Source of the DNA: Eledone cirrhosa
Lineage: Eukaryota
DNA length: 64,000 nucleotides
Assembly: GCA_964016885.1 (NCBI GenBank)
Contig: OZ024741.1
Span: 224,254,001 to 224,318,000, forward strand
Reading direction: 5' to 3'
Made by a program: the position numbers and the translations under genes. Positions 1 to 12,975 of this stretch are shown here, piece after piece (within the stretch, counting starts at the first letter, position 1; every line of letters begins with the position of its first letter). Under the pieces are notes generated by a model that made no database searches, was not told where the DNA came from, and worked only from the letters and a program-made list of their open reading frames with translations.

Positions 1-450
1 ATTGTAACCTTGCTGACTGCTCCTCTATACATGGCTTGTATTGCCCGCAGAAGCTGCTCATCTAGTTTTCTAAGAGCCTACAAGATAATGGAACGGGGGA
101 CTCTGTCAAAAGCTTTCTCCAGTTTCTTAAATGCCAGATAGAGGGGTTTACTTTTAGCTAGGTACTTCTGTTGTAGTTGCCTCACAAGGAAAAGGGCATC
201 AGTAGTACTTTTACCTGGCACAAATCCAAACTGCATCTCATCTAAGGTTAACTTGGTTCCTAATCAACTGTGCTGTAACCTTCATAACCTGGTCAACCAA
301 CTTGATACCTTTATAGTTTTCTCTGTTTTCTCCTTTGCCCTTGTAGTAGTTGACAATGCTGCTGCTATGCTAGTCATTGGGTATGGCACTATTTTGTATT
401 ACTTGGTTTACAATACGCATGGTTAAGGCGTGACCCACCATCCCAGATGC
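1..450 (-). mobile_element. Decayed RTE-clade LINE reverse transcriptase fragment; weaker remnants probably extend to about 940
   Basis: Minus-strand translation LDEMQFGFVPGKSTTDALFLVRQLQQKYLAKSKPLYLAFKKLEKAFDRVPR, with stops. Confidence 0.85.
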
Positions 451-1356
451 TTTCAGCAATCCCTCTGTTGGATCCACTTGGGACAACCTATCTTCCGCCT
501 CTGCATTCTCCTCATTCACTCGTCTTTCATAGTGGCATTTCCATGCTATTTTTAAGCATCAGTGAGGGCAAGTATCACATTATCATCTTGGACACATTTT
601 ATCCCCATCAACATCATACTTTTCCCTGACACTGCCTTCAATCCTGAACACCTCAAGTCTTTGGTACTCGCGTTACAGAACATGCTTAAATTTTTTATTT
701 TCTGCTTCCCTTCTTACTAAGTAAGCTTGTTACTTAGTTTCACTCCTAGCATCCTGGTAGTGTTTTCTACTTTCTCCCATTTTCCCACCTGTCTGTTGGC
801 CTTGATTGTCTCATATCATATTTGTGTTCCTGTGGTTTGATTGGTCTGGGTGGCTATGATTTTGTTTGGGAGTGGGCAGGAGGAAAATGGGAGATGAGCT
901 ACAAGCACTGATTGAGGAGTAGGGGAGAAAAAAAATGATGTGTATGTGTATAATCGTTGAATCTTTGTTTCGAGAATCGCCATCCCTTGAATTTTTCTCA
1001 TACATGGGTGGCTTGAACATGATTTCAAGGACTCAGATTCCTTTCTGCATATGTTGCAGGAAAAGAAACAAAGGAAAGGTCATGCTAATGCTACACATGT
1101 AAAAGTTGTTTAGATCAAGTGGTGCCTGTGCCTGAAGTTTTTTAAGTAAAGAAAGGCCTTGCACTGGACCAATCCCTGAACAATGGTGACAGGTATCCAA
1201 AAAGATGAGTAGATCAATATCTTTGGCTGCCATCGAGTCACAGCTTTTACACCAGAGTTTCCGTTCTAGAATGATCTAACAAGAATTAGAGGTCGCTCAT
1301 TCCTGGTGGGCTAAATACGCGTTCAGACATTAAACCAAGTATTTCCATGTCCCTGC

Positions 1357-1512
1357 TTATATATATGTATGTATTTGTCTTTTGTGTGTATATATGTATA
1401 TGTGTGGGTATATGTATATATATATATATGTGTGTGTGTATGTATATGTATATATATATATATATATACATATATATAAATATATATATTTGTGTGTGTA
1501 TATATATATATA
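1357..1512. repeat. Compound (TA)n/(TG)n microsatellite
   Basis: Seen directly. Confidence 0.9.
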
Positions 1513-1519
1513 ATCTCTT

Positions 1520-2290
1520 TGTCATGCTTTCTTGGCAAATGGCACCTCTGAGTGAGTTTCAGTATATGAACCACATAGGTCCTGCTTTCATTAAAAGCCA
1601 TGTGAAATGGGGCAAAGAGGAGGATCCTAGTTGCTCTCTGTGCAAGGATAAATTACAATCAGTGGAGCACGTCCTACATTCATGTAAAGTAGCTCCTGCC
1701 AATGGCAGGTACATGTGTAGGCACAAGAAAGTGCTAGAAGAGTTGACTTGGTCAATCTGGCACAAGATGCAACCTGAAACCACTAAGACAGCCCTAATAT
1801 TCGTAACAGAAGGCAATGAGGGAGCATTGAGGTGGATCCAAAAAGATACTATGGCATTAAGCAGAACCTACTTGGAATAGAAGGGGATTGGGCAATATCT
1901 GTCAATCTCCCATATTGGTGTAAGAATTATCCCGAATTCACCAAGAAAGGCCAAAGACCAAATGTTGTCTTGTCAGAAAGAAGCAGGCGTCAAAGTAATC
2001 CTGGTTGGACTGACAGTCCCCTTTGAGAGACTTTAAGAAGAACAACATGAGTAGAAGATGTGGAAGTACGAAGACATCACCAGAGATATTAGAAGAGGGG
2101 GCATCAATGCACAATAAAGCTAGTGAAAGTTTGTGCACAAGGATTTGTCACAGATTCCATGTCTCAACTACCAGGTCAGCTTGGAATCAAAGGTCAGAAA
2201 AGAACAGCACTGATCAAATACCTGACAGATGGCTGAGCAAAGCTGAATGTGGCTATGGTCAAAGAAGAATGACATCTGGAACTAAGTAAG
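1520..2290 (+). mobile_element. Decayed Hero/NeSL-type non-LTR retrotransposon C-terminus (CCHC knuckle plus restriction-like endonuclease)
   Basis: WGKEEDPSCSLC...VEHVLHSC...GRY..RHKKVL, then frameshifted RPNVVL, VILVGLTVPFE and K..KYE motifs. Confidence 0.75.
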
Positions 2291-2774
2291 GATATATCAA
2301 GTTTTGAACATAGATTGCTGTTTAAATAGATGTGCAGTGTTAGTTCTGAAAGTCTTTGTGGTCGAGTGGTGTAAACCACAGGAATGGGGACCAGTAACGT
2401 CTGCTGGAGGAGAAAAACAGCATGAGGACACTTGGGAGTCATGACCTAGGTGGGTCCGGCTCTCTTTGAGTGTTAGGAGGAATACTACTACTATTCATCC
2501 TTGACCTCCTCCTCCTCCCCAATGGTTAGTGGGAGTAGAGTCTTCAAACATACCTTCTAGAGGGTCCTATCAAAATAAGCTTTTTCAAATTGGGACCACC
2601 TGAGCTTATCGATGTTATCAAACCTTCTTTCTTGTGGTCTACTTCTGGGTCTTCTATTGGTTATCTTTGCTCGTAAAATCTGTCCTGCAATTCTTTCCTT
2701 TGGCATTCTAACCTGTAGTCTCTGAGCTGTGATATCTCTGCAGGAAATATAATTCTGGTTAGACTATAATATAG

Positions 2775-3290
2775 AAAGAGCCAAATTAGTTGAGATGCAA
2801 TTCAGTTTTGTTCCTGGGAGTGAGACGACTACAAGAAAAGTTCCTAGCTAAGAAAATACTGCTATATTAAGCTTTTGTTGATCTAAAGAAGGCTTTTAAC
2901 AGAGTACCTCAATCTGTCATCTAGTGGGCCTTAAGGAAACTAGATGTAGAAGAATGGCTCTCACAGAGGAACTGTTAGTAAAGTGACAGTAGGCAATGAG
3001 TTTAGTGAGAAATTCAACATGCAAGTAGGTATTCATTGTAGTGAAGCATGGGAGTTGAACATGGAGAATATGTGAATGCTGGAGTGAAATAAAGCAAGCA
3101 TGCTTCAATTGATGTGTAGTGTTAATATACATGAATAGCAAAGCATAGATGAGCTGAAAGAAAGGCTGGATATAAAGAGTAATTAGATGTGTGCAGGAGA
3201 GAAGACAGTGTTGGTATGGCCTTGTGATGTGTGTGGATGATGAGTGTTGGGTGAAGAAGTGCTAGGAAATCCCAGTTGAAGAAAGCTGCA
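2775..3290 (+). mobile_element. Decayed, internally deleted RTE LINE fragment
   Basis: EMQFSFVPG, RRLQEKFLAK and DLKKAFNRVP, plus a 3' WYG.VM motif; same family as 1-450, opposite strand. Confidence 0.7.
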
Positions 3291-4057
3291 GGCAATGATG
3301 ATAATGTTCTGTTTGCATCTTAAAACTAAATAGTATAGTAAATAAAAATGGAAGTTAACAAATTAGTGAATTGTTATGAAAGAGGTCTTTGATCTTTGTA
3401 TTGGCAGTTTGATTTGAACCAACAGATCAATACTGCAATAAGTGAAACCCCGAACGGGTGCTTTATAAGCATTAATTGTGAAAGAAAGATGAAAAATCTT
3501 TGGTCACATGATGGATAGATGTCATGGAGTGGAGCTTTATGTTAACCCTTTTGGTACCAACCTTCTTGAGACTGTCATAGCTCTATGATACATTTTTAAA
3601 GTGTACATATGTATCTAAAACTCTTCCACCATCATAGCTTCTGTTAAGTCATACTCCAAACATCAACCTAAGGTCAAATTTAATTATTTTAATTAATAAC
3701 TGCAAATTCTTAATTATTTTCAAATTTTTAAAAACGTATTTTGTTAGAAATATGGTTACAGAAGTGTTTAAATTCCAGACATGTGAGAATTAAAAATAGC
3801 ATAACAATGTGATTGTCAGAATTTGAATACAAATTGAACACACTTAAAAAAGAGAAAGGTGCTTTGTAATCTGATAGGATATCTTAAAGCATGTGGTTGT
3901 AAGAAGTGACTTGTAGGCTTTCAGTATATAAAGCATATCTGTTATCTTATGTAACTAAGAACTCTTCAACTATTTCATGGTAAAAAAAAAAAAAAAATTT
4001 ATTTAATAATCTTCACAAAATTTAAATTGATGCTTTTCTTGTGTGTATATGTGCATT

Positions 4058-4060
<3 letters not shown>

Positions 4061-4134
<74 letters not shown>
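4061..4134. repeat. (CA)n microsatellite
   Basis: Seen directly. Confidence 0.95.
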
Positions 4135-4139
<5 letters not shown>

Positions 4140-6439
4140 CATCAATATTTATATATATTTCAAATTTTAACGTGATCACTTGTTATTAAACTTCACTTGG
4201 TCTGTTTACTAATTGAACAAGTCAATAATAAAGTTGTTTGTGCTCCACATATTCATGTTTGATCTCTTTAGAGACGTAAATTGCTTTGAAGTATTGGAAA
4301 TGTGTTTTAATATTCTCCATACATTTTTTAATGCATGGTTCCTGTCTGGAATTACAGCTGCTGCTTTTCTCTTCCTATGTTTTCACTTTATGAATATTGT
4401 TCTTGTTTTCCACCTAACTGCTTGTGGCATTGCTTATCAACCTATTGTTACAATTATTATTGTAAATATATTCTAAGTTATGTTCCACTAAACTCTACTT
4501 GCTGTTAATTAAGGACAATTATTAATGTAACTCCTTTAGATATATATATTTCTAATGTATATCATCATTTCCATACTGGTATGAGTTTGGTTGGTTGTCA
4601 TACCAGATGGACTGGAGAGACCTCATCTTATTCATACATACCATATTTTGGCATTGTCTCTGTGGCTGGATGCCCTTTCTAATGCCACATAATGAAAAAT
4701 ATTAACAAGATTCTTTCATTTTCAAATATAAATGAAGACTGGGTGTGAATTACATGCATGGTAAAAATATATTCCTTATAGATAGACCTTAGTAAAGACC
4801 AAGGAAGATGTATTTTTATTTGAAAATGTAGGCTTTCATTGTTGAGGTAGTGCTGAATCAAGATGAATGTATATTAGACACATTTAACCCTCTTGATGCT
4901 CACCTGCCCAAAACTACCTCTGGTTCTATGGAACTAAACCACCCCTTTTAAAGGATTTCTATTTAAATTAAAATCTTCCAACATAATTTTTTCATTTATT
5001 TTATAAAATACCATATTGATAATAAAATATTAATTTTAGTAAATCCTTCCTAATTCTTCAATAATTAATTCAAATACAGTGAATTCCATTAGAAATACAG
5101 AAACAAAGAAAATTAAGCTAATATGACTATTCAGATTTAATGATAATGATTATTTACAGTTACCTTCTGCAGCAATGTCCTAGCTTTGTGTTAGTAATGT
5201 GGAACTGTTGCTTCCTGGGCTCATTCTCTCACATGCATTTGATGTGGGTTCTCTTGTTTGTGCAAACCACATCATTTGTACAAATTTTACTTACTTTCTT
5301 GTAACCTCATTGTTTTCTGAATTCTATTTTTTGCATTATTATTATCATCATTTTATGTCTACTTGCCATGTTGGCATGAGTTGGATGGGTCATCTCAGTT
5401 CAAAACTAAAATGAATTGGAGAACCATATCTTGTTCATATCCATCTTGTTTCTGGTTTTTATGACTAGATGCCCTTCCTAACTTTATCATGGCACCAGCA
5501 CCACCACCACTTTACCAGGTTTACTAGGTGCATTTTATCGTCACTATTACAAAGCTTGCATGCGTTTTTGGACATACAGCTCTTATTTTTATGAAAAGTT
5601 GTTGAATGATTTGATAGTTTTTGCATGTACTGATTGATACTGTTTTTATTTTTTCATGTCAATATTTTTGGGTTTCTTAAATTATTTAATGGCAACAATA
5701 TTTCTATCAACTTCATTTTTGGGTTCTTTTAAACACTTGTTTTTCCTGAATCTAAAATAGAAATTATCTTTTCTAAAGATTTTAAATGTTGACAACATTT
5801 ACTTTGTAAATTTATTATTTTATTTATTTAATTAGAAACTTCTGAAGTATCTAATTAGAATGGATCACATTTTATATATAAATCTATTTGTTGATATGTG
5901 AACAGATATAGATTTTAAGTGCTATTTCCAAAATTAATTCCAAATAGTTTTAACATTTTGATACTAATCTGGCCAAAACTGACCCTGGTTTGTGATACAA
6001 GACCATTCATTTTAAAGGTTCCTATTTAAATTAAAATCTTCCAACATAATTTTATATAAGAATCATGTTAAGTAATCTTAGTAATGAAATAATTTTAGTA
6101 CAACTCTCAAAATTCTTAATTGAAATAATGTATTTCTTTACAAATATGACCACAAAATGTTTTATAGAAGTGGCAATTTATTGAAACCCATTTAAAATAA
6201 AATTAGGAATATAATTTTTATGCCTCATATCATTTCATCACCGCCATTTTTATGACTTTTCCATGTTGGTATGGGTTGGATGGAACTTTTTGAGGCAATG
6301 TGTTGTAATCAGATGCCTTTGCTGATACCTTTTTAGTCACTTCTGTGTATATATTCTAAACTGGATACATACAGTTGCTGGATTCACATTGTTTATAAAT
6401 TTAAAGTCTTTGAATTAAGTGTGAGAATTGCAGGAGCTG

Positions 6440-6965
6440 GTACAGTAATGCACCAGCTTCAGCTTTCAGTAATCAGATCAGAAGAAGAGAGGTAAGGTGT
6501 AAAAGCCAACCTTGCTATCTTCAATTCAGTATTCATGCCAACCCTTAGCTATGGTCATGAATCTTGGATAATGACTAAAAGAATACGATCGTAAATGCAA
6601 GTAGCTGAAATGGGACTCCTCTAGAAGGTCTTAGGAGTAATGTTACTTGACAGAGTGCGTAGCTTGGAGATCAGAGAGTCGCTTCAGGTAGAACCGCTAC
6701 TTCTTTGAATTGAGATCACAGCTCTGATATTACAGGTATGTGGTTAGAATGGCTCAGGAAAGAATCGCTGGACAGATTTTATGGGCAAACAAACTGGCAG
6801 TAGATCCAGGGGTAGACCCCGAGCAAGATGGTTGGATAACGTCCTTGAACTCGGCTGGTCTCACTTGGGGATCCAGCTGGATCAGTTGCAGACGGTTGCT
6901 TCTGACAGGACCCACTGGAAGGAGTGTTTGAGGACTCTTCCGCCACGACCCTCTCAGGAATAAGT
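6440..6965 (+). mobile_element. 3' fragment of an RTE-clade LINE (Expander/Rex3-like C-terminus)
   Basis: AIFNSVFMPTLSYGHESW...VAEMGLL...SRGRPRARWLD...DRTHW...LPPRP*, with stops and frameshifts. Confidence 0.8.
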
Positions 6966-8680
6966 GGGCAAAGAAAAAAAGTTATAGATAACATTTAAAA
7001 TTCCTAAAAGTTTGTGAATATAGTGTGCTTAACTGAAACAAAAAAATTCCTCAGAAACTTAGTTGCATACATAGATGGCTATTTTAGACTACTAGATAAA
7101 GTAATTTTACAGTCCATCAATTTTAGGTGAAATTCTTCATTGATGCTCAGCTTAGTTTCAATATTTACAATACCATTTAGTTTTCAAATTTCATCAGCCT
7201 TTGGAATAGGGTTAAAAACCACTACTGTTTCAAGAAAGTTCTAAGACATGTAGGCATATTTGTAATGGCTTGAAACTAAATAAACTGGAAACATTCAAAG
7301 TTGATTTTATGTTATATTTACACAGGGTGTCTGGCAACTATGATTGCAAAGAAAAACTAACAATATGCCATGTAATTAGGATAACCAAGACATTTTATTA
7401 GGTTAACCCTTTTATTGTATTTATCTTCATAATTTTACATAATAACCTTTGTTAAATCATGCACCAAACATCACATTTAATAATGACAAAGTTTCTAAAA
7501 CTTTCCAGATCCTTCATTATTTTCAAAATAATTTCAGTGTCTTATGGTAATGAAAGGGTTAAGGAGTTGGCTGGTTCAAGTTTAGATATAAATTGTGACT
7601 ACTGATTTTATATTTATTTCTTGCAACATGACAGGCACAGTATATTTGGGCATGGAATCTACATTTATTTTTGGTTATTAAATTTGAACACCTCAAGATA
7701 ATTTATTTTTACAAATGGTTTAAATTTGAATAAGAAGACTTATTACATTTCTATATTTTAAAAAGGAACATAAAATATTTCTGTAGGCAGGATATTAACT
7801 GTAGAATGAAAACAAACATGCTTTAACGCTTATGAACCACATGAAATCGCATTAGCAAGGCATTTTTAAAAAGTACAAAACAGCATTATGAATACATTAC
7901 ATTAAACATTAGTTTCCTTCAAATTTTAACAATGATCTGTCTACTAGTCAATTTTGCTTTCACTCTTCTGGGTTGATAAAATAAAATACCTGTTAAGTAG
8001 TGGAGTCTATATCCCCCCCCCCCCCCCCCCCAGCAACAACAAAAAAACAAAAAAAAATACTGACCTTGTGCCTAAAATAGAATATATGTAGGTAATCACT
8101 TTCCAAATGGCATCTTGTAAATTGAACTTATGGTGGCATAAGTTCATTTTCCAGGAAGTTGTCCACAAAATTCATGAAAAAACTTTGTCGACCACCAAAT
8201 ATAATGAAATTATTGTGTACAGTGCTCGCAACACAGTACGACATACAACTTACTGTGGACCACCAAAGCTTTGGTATGGACCACTAGTGGTTCATCTGAT
8301 TAATTAGCTATAGCATTTAAAATATTAACATTTTGTGCCAACTAATGTTTATTGTTGATTCCGATAATGTTGTTATTTATTGAATTTCCTCTTAGTTGGT
8401 GCTAGTTATTAACCTCACACATCTCATATTGTCTTCTCCATATTTTCTAATTTATATTTATTCCTCTTGGTTAAAATATGATTTTAAAATATTTTGTTTA
8501 CATTTATTATAAATATTAAAATATTTTGTCTTCAAGATAAATTGAAACCTTGAAAACTTGATTTTCTAAAATTTACCGAGTATCATATTCTTTAGTCTTT
8601 GTTATGTAGATTGTTTTTTTTTTTAAATGTGATGTAAAATTTATGTTTATTTATTAAAACATTTTCTCCATTTTTCTCAG

Positions 8681-8846
8681 GAAAGCAACAATACGTTTGA
8701 CGAAATAAGTTCCGAAAACACACGAGGATCTCAAGGGACTCCAACTCCATCAGGGAGCCACCATCCTAGTGTTTCTAACCTGCGGGTTACACCATCACCT
8801 GCTGGATCAGCTGGATCTCGATCAAATACCCCAGCATCTGTTACAG
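8681..8846 (+). CDS. ARID1: ARID1/osa internal exon, 166 nt (ESNNTFDEISSENTRGSQGTPTPSGSHHPSVSNLRVTPSPAGSAGSRSNTPASVT)
   Basis: ttttctcag acceptor, ACAG|gtaaat donor, open frame, osa-like TPSPxGSxGSRS motif, ends in phase 1. Confidence 0.88.
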
Positions 8847-9911
8847 GTAAATAAAGCATATCATTTTATTCCTTTTAAAATGCTTCTTTTGTGGAACATT
8901 TTCTGCTCAGTTTGTCCGGTTTTACTTATTTAAATCTTTCTCTAGTTGTACTTTCCCAGACATTTCCATTTCTCTTTTCTTGAGTTTCATTCTATCTCCA
9001 TCTTTGTTAACATGGATCGTAACCCAATATTTTGACCAATAAAGTAAACATTCAATTTACTAATATTAATATATGAAGCTTTGTTTTAGAGTGACTAAAT
9101 ATAGATGTCTGGGATTACATCTTGATTAGGGCTTGTTATTAAAAGGATTAGAACATTCTATTGTAAATATACTTGCTTCAGACATATGCAAAATTGAAAA
9201 ATTAATCCTTCATGGGTTAGCACGGAAAAGAAAATGGAAAATTACTTGGAATAAGAATTATAACTTGCTATTTCCCGGCAAAATATTCTAGTTTAGTATT
9301 GATAGAATACCTTTCAAAAAGTCTGTCCTTGTATTGATCCATGAATGACCTTTGAAAGGGTTTCACTATTTGTTTGTTGTGATGTGACAAAGCTAGGTTT
9401 GGCAGAATGGTTCCTAGTCTCTTTGATTTCAACCTACCCAAAACTGCTCAAATTCTATGTCAAGACATCTTGTTTTTTAATGTGGTTAATTATTTTACTA
9501 AATCCCTTAAAATTGTTGATTATTTACAAAATTAATTGAAAAGAATATTTCATGAGAAAATATAGCATTGAAAGGGTTATGGTATAAATGTATTTCATTG
9601 ATGCATTATTTTTTCATAATGATTTTTCTAAGTCTTTGAGGGTTATGAAATGATTAAGTAATTTTGCAAATAATTTTGTGGTCCCTGAACTACTTCCCTA
9701 TTCAATTGGGTTGGAGATAGCAATTCCCAAGAACAAACTCAGTGAGATGAACTGGCTCTTTCAGCACATTTCCACTACCATGTTTGTGTTAATACATTAG
9801 TCATTTTGTTTGCTGAGACCATGAAATAAAACATTTTACTTACTACAATAAAAAAAGAAATTTCTTTGGAAATGTAATAATTTGTTGAAAGTAATAATTA
9901 CAGATAACATT

Positions 9912-10161
9912 TTAACACTTTTGATACCAAACTGCCTCTGGTTCTATAATACAAAATTGTTTGTTTTAAAATGTTTATATTTATTTGAAACCTTTTGGCT
10001 GTAATTTAATGTAAAAACCTTTGTTAATTTATTTTCCAAAGGCCTGCTAAATAATGAGAAAATCAGCTATATTACAAAATCCCTCCAAATTTTTGTTTTC
10101 AAAATTATTTGAAAATTATAGGCAGTGCCTATCATTAGAAATATAGTAGCAAAAGGGTTAA
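9912..10161 (+). mobile_element. Old TTAA-flanked MITE of about 230-250 bp (family B), representative copy; others near 3542, 4884, 5950, 7403, 22408, 32770, 37503 and 54512
   Basis: Recurrent ttaacccttttgataccaa...aaatatggtaa..aaagggttaa consensus with piggyBac-like CCC/GGG ends. Confidence 0.65.
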
Positions 10162-10309
10162 GCAACTAACTTTTTGCTTAGGGGCCCACCCTAAAAACAA
10201 AAAAAAAAAAAAGAAGAAAAATTAAACCTTAACATTTTTTTTATTATTGTTAACTATATTTCACTGATGAATTCCCATGTAATTTTCCTTCTTTTTCTCC
10301 TCACTGAAG

Positions 10310-10402
10310 GAAACCAAGCTGGTAGTCCAATGCCTCCTCGTCCACCTTCTAGTCAGTTGGACGGACAAGGCTCCATGTCCCAGTCACAAATGACAGGTCA
10401 AG
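10310..10402 (+). CDS. ARID1: ARID1/osa internal exon, 93 nt (GNQAGSPMPPRPPSSQLDGQGSMSQSQMTGQ)
   Basis: Polypyrimidine tract plus aag acceptor, CAAG|gtaatg donor, phase 1-1, ARID1-like MPPRPPS motif. Confidence 0.88.
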
Positions 10403-11968
10403 GTAATGTTAATCTCAGTTGTTTTCAGTTCTATCTCAAATCAGGTTTCATCTGAACTTGCTGCTATATATTTACTCAATGCAATGCTCATGGAACTCTT
10501 AAACCTTGAATTTATAAGATCAATTATAAAAACTTAACTGATTTTACCTGCCTGTCTCCTTTATATAACAGTAGCTTGATTTTGCTAACCGGTTTGTTTT
10601 AATAACACGTTAAAAAGTGCATCAAGCAATATTACATACTTTTTGGCTATTAATTTTGTCTGTTTCATGCAGGGCCCACTATTTATATTTCAGTTTGGCA
10701 TCATTGAAAGATTTTATGATTTTCATTTTCCTAATTTTGAGAACGTTTATGGAGGTAATTTTCAGACCAGAAGCAAGCAAGATAGAAAATATTTCAGTTA
10801 TTGACTGTTTATATAGGCAAGATTATTTATCTGTATGATTATAACAGCATTAGGTCACAATCAGTTGTCTTATTAGGATCAACTATTCCATGTCTTATGA
10901 ACTAAATGAATTTAGTTATTTTCTTGCAACTTTAAAAATTGCTAATTTTTCTTCATTGTTGTAGGATTACATTTAGCAATATCAACTTTTGTGCACACCA
11001 ATTTGATTAGTACATTCTCCATTAATTTTTAAGTGCCCTGTTCCTAAATACACACATCCTTTGATTGAGATTGTGTTCAATTTCTAATCCAGAGTTCTAA
11101 TTCTCTTAACCACTATCCCACATTGGCACTATGCTTGAAAATGCTGTATTGCCTTACCTACAATTAAGGTTCTGGTTTCAAACCTGAGCATGTTGTTATG
11201 ACTCACATAGGCTTTCTCTGGCTGCATCTTATGTGTAGTGTTTCTTGAGTGTTTTAATGGAACATGTTACCATTTTGCTGGTGACCTGAGGTAGGATTTG
11301 AAATCAGAACACACAGTCCTAGGAAAGATACTGGAACAGCTGTCTGATGCACTAATAATTTTGCCCTGGACTGGTACTTCATTTCTTGACTCTGAAAAGA
11401 CAAAAAGCAAGGTTATCTTGTTGAGATTTAAATTCAGAACACTGAGGGCCAGAACAAATACCACAAGACATTTAGTTTGGAGCTCTAGCAGCTCTGCCAA
11501 TTCACTACCTATTTACCACAAGGCATTTATTTTGTTTGATGTTTTAATGTCTCTGTCAGTTCACTGACTATAGGCGTATCCAAAATATAGGAACATGGCA
11601 CCTAAATATTGTTGCAGAATGGTACAATCAAAATGTATTATAGAAACTCGAAAGATGAGGGTTAAACACCCACATAAAGAACAACATAGTATATTTCTAT
11701 TTCTATTTATTCTTTGAAGCACAATTTAACCAAAATGAATCAACATAAATCCCTTATTAACTCCAAGATAATAAATCTTTGAAATGGCATGATAGGAATT
11801 ACATGGGTCTTTTGCTTTTTGTCTTAGTACATTGCTTTTTACTTTCAAAATGGTTTTATTTGTGAATCAAACAGTTTTAATAGTCATATCTTACTCAACT
11901 ATATCCTGCTCTTATAGTTAAATTTATCAATTTAAACTACTACTACTACTGCTAATACTACTACTTCC

Positions 11969-12000
<32 letters not shown>

Positions 12001-12484
12001 CATCACCACCACCACTACCACTACTAACTTGCTTGGAGTTATATCATGGTTTGAATGGTTCATATTTTTAATTCTACTCATTTTGTTTTCTAATTAACAT
12101 TCAACCATTCTAATTATTAATTCATTATTTTAAATTAGGCAGTCATATCTCATCTTTGAAAAGTTCCGATTTAGTGTGCTGAATCTTAACCGAAGTGGGT
12201 AAAAAGTTACTGAAGATTATTTATTTGCTCAGTCTTATGGAGAGATGGATAGAGTTTATTTTTATGTACAGAAAAATTAGTTTCAAATATCAAACCTTCA
12301 TATTTTTAACTTTCAAAATCGAAATATTAAACATCTTCCCTAATTTACTTTCTTCATAAGTCTGGATCTGGCAGTGTAATTCTTTGTCAGCCCTTTTTTT
12401 TTTTTAATTCAGTTGTTATCTTGATGAAATAGGATGTTTAGCATCATCGAAAAGTTAATGCTTGAGTGTCTGCAATTTTCTTAG

Positions 12485-12631
12485 GCTTCGGTCAGCATAT
12501 TATGCCTCCTCCAGTTGGCCCCAATCAGATGTACAACACAGCCAATAAACCAATGGCAGGGATGAATGCTGTGGCTGCCTCAGTTTCTCAGATGGGAGGT
12601 CACTTTAGCCAGTACAATTCCCAATTTCCTG
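12485..12631 (+). CDS. ARID1: ARID1/osa internal exon, 147 nt (GFGQHIMPPPVGPNQMYNTANKPMAGMNAVAASVSQMGGHFSQYNSQFP)
   Basis: ttttcttag acceptor, CCTG|gtgagt donor, phase 1-1, P/Q/M/G-rich open frame. Confidence 0.85.
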
Positions 12632-12934
12632 GTGAGTAAATAAAAGTTCAGTTCTGTAGTTTCTTAAGTCTCTGCCAATTAATGTTTGTTTTCAACTGAC
12701 TGTAAAATGATATTGTAACATTGCCAACCTGTGAACATTTTGAGAGAGAGTAAGGGCTTTTTAGTGGGGGACTTTTAAAAAAAATCCATTTTCCTTGTTA
12801 GTGATTTAGCAGCCTTAAATGACCCAAGAGGGCAGCAGTAGTTGTATTGAAGTATTTTGGCCCTTACTGATAGTTCTTTGTTGGGTGTGTTTGAACAATA
12901 TTGCCAGCCTTGGTGAAGGCATGCCTAATATGAT

Positions 12935-12975
<41 letters not shown>

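Noticed and set aside
1286-1601. YI/HT/CV-rich ORFs here and at 26820, 48273, 55193 and 61720
   Set aside because: Translations of microsatellites
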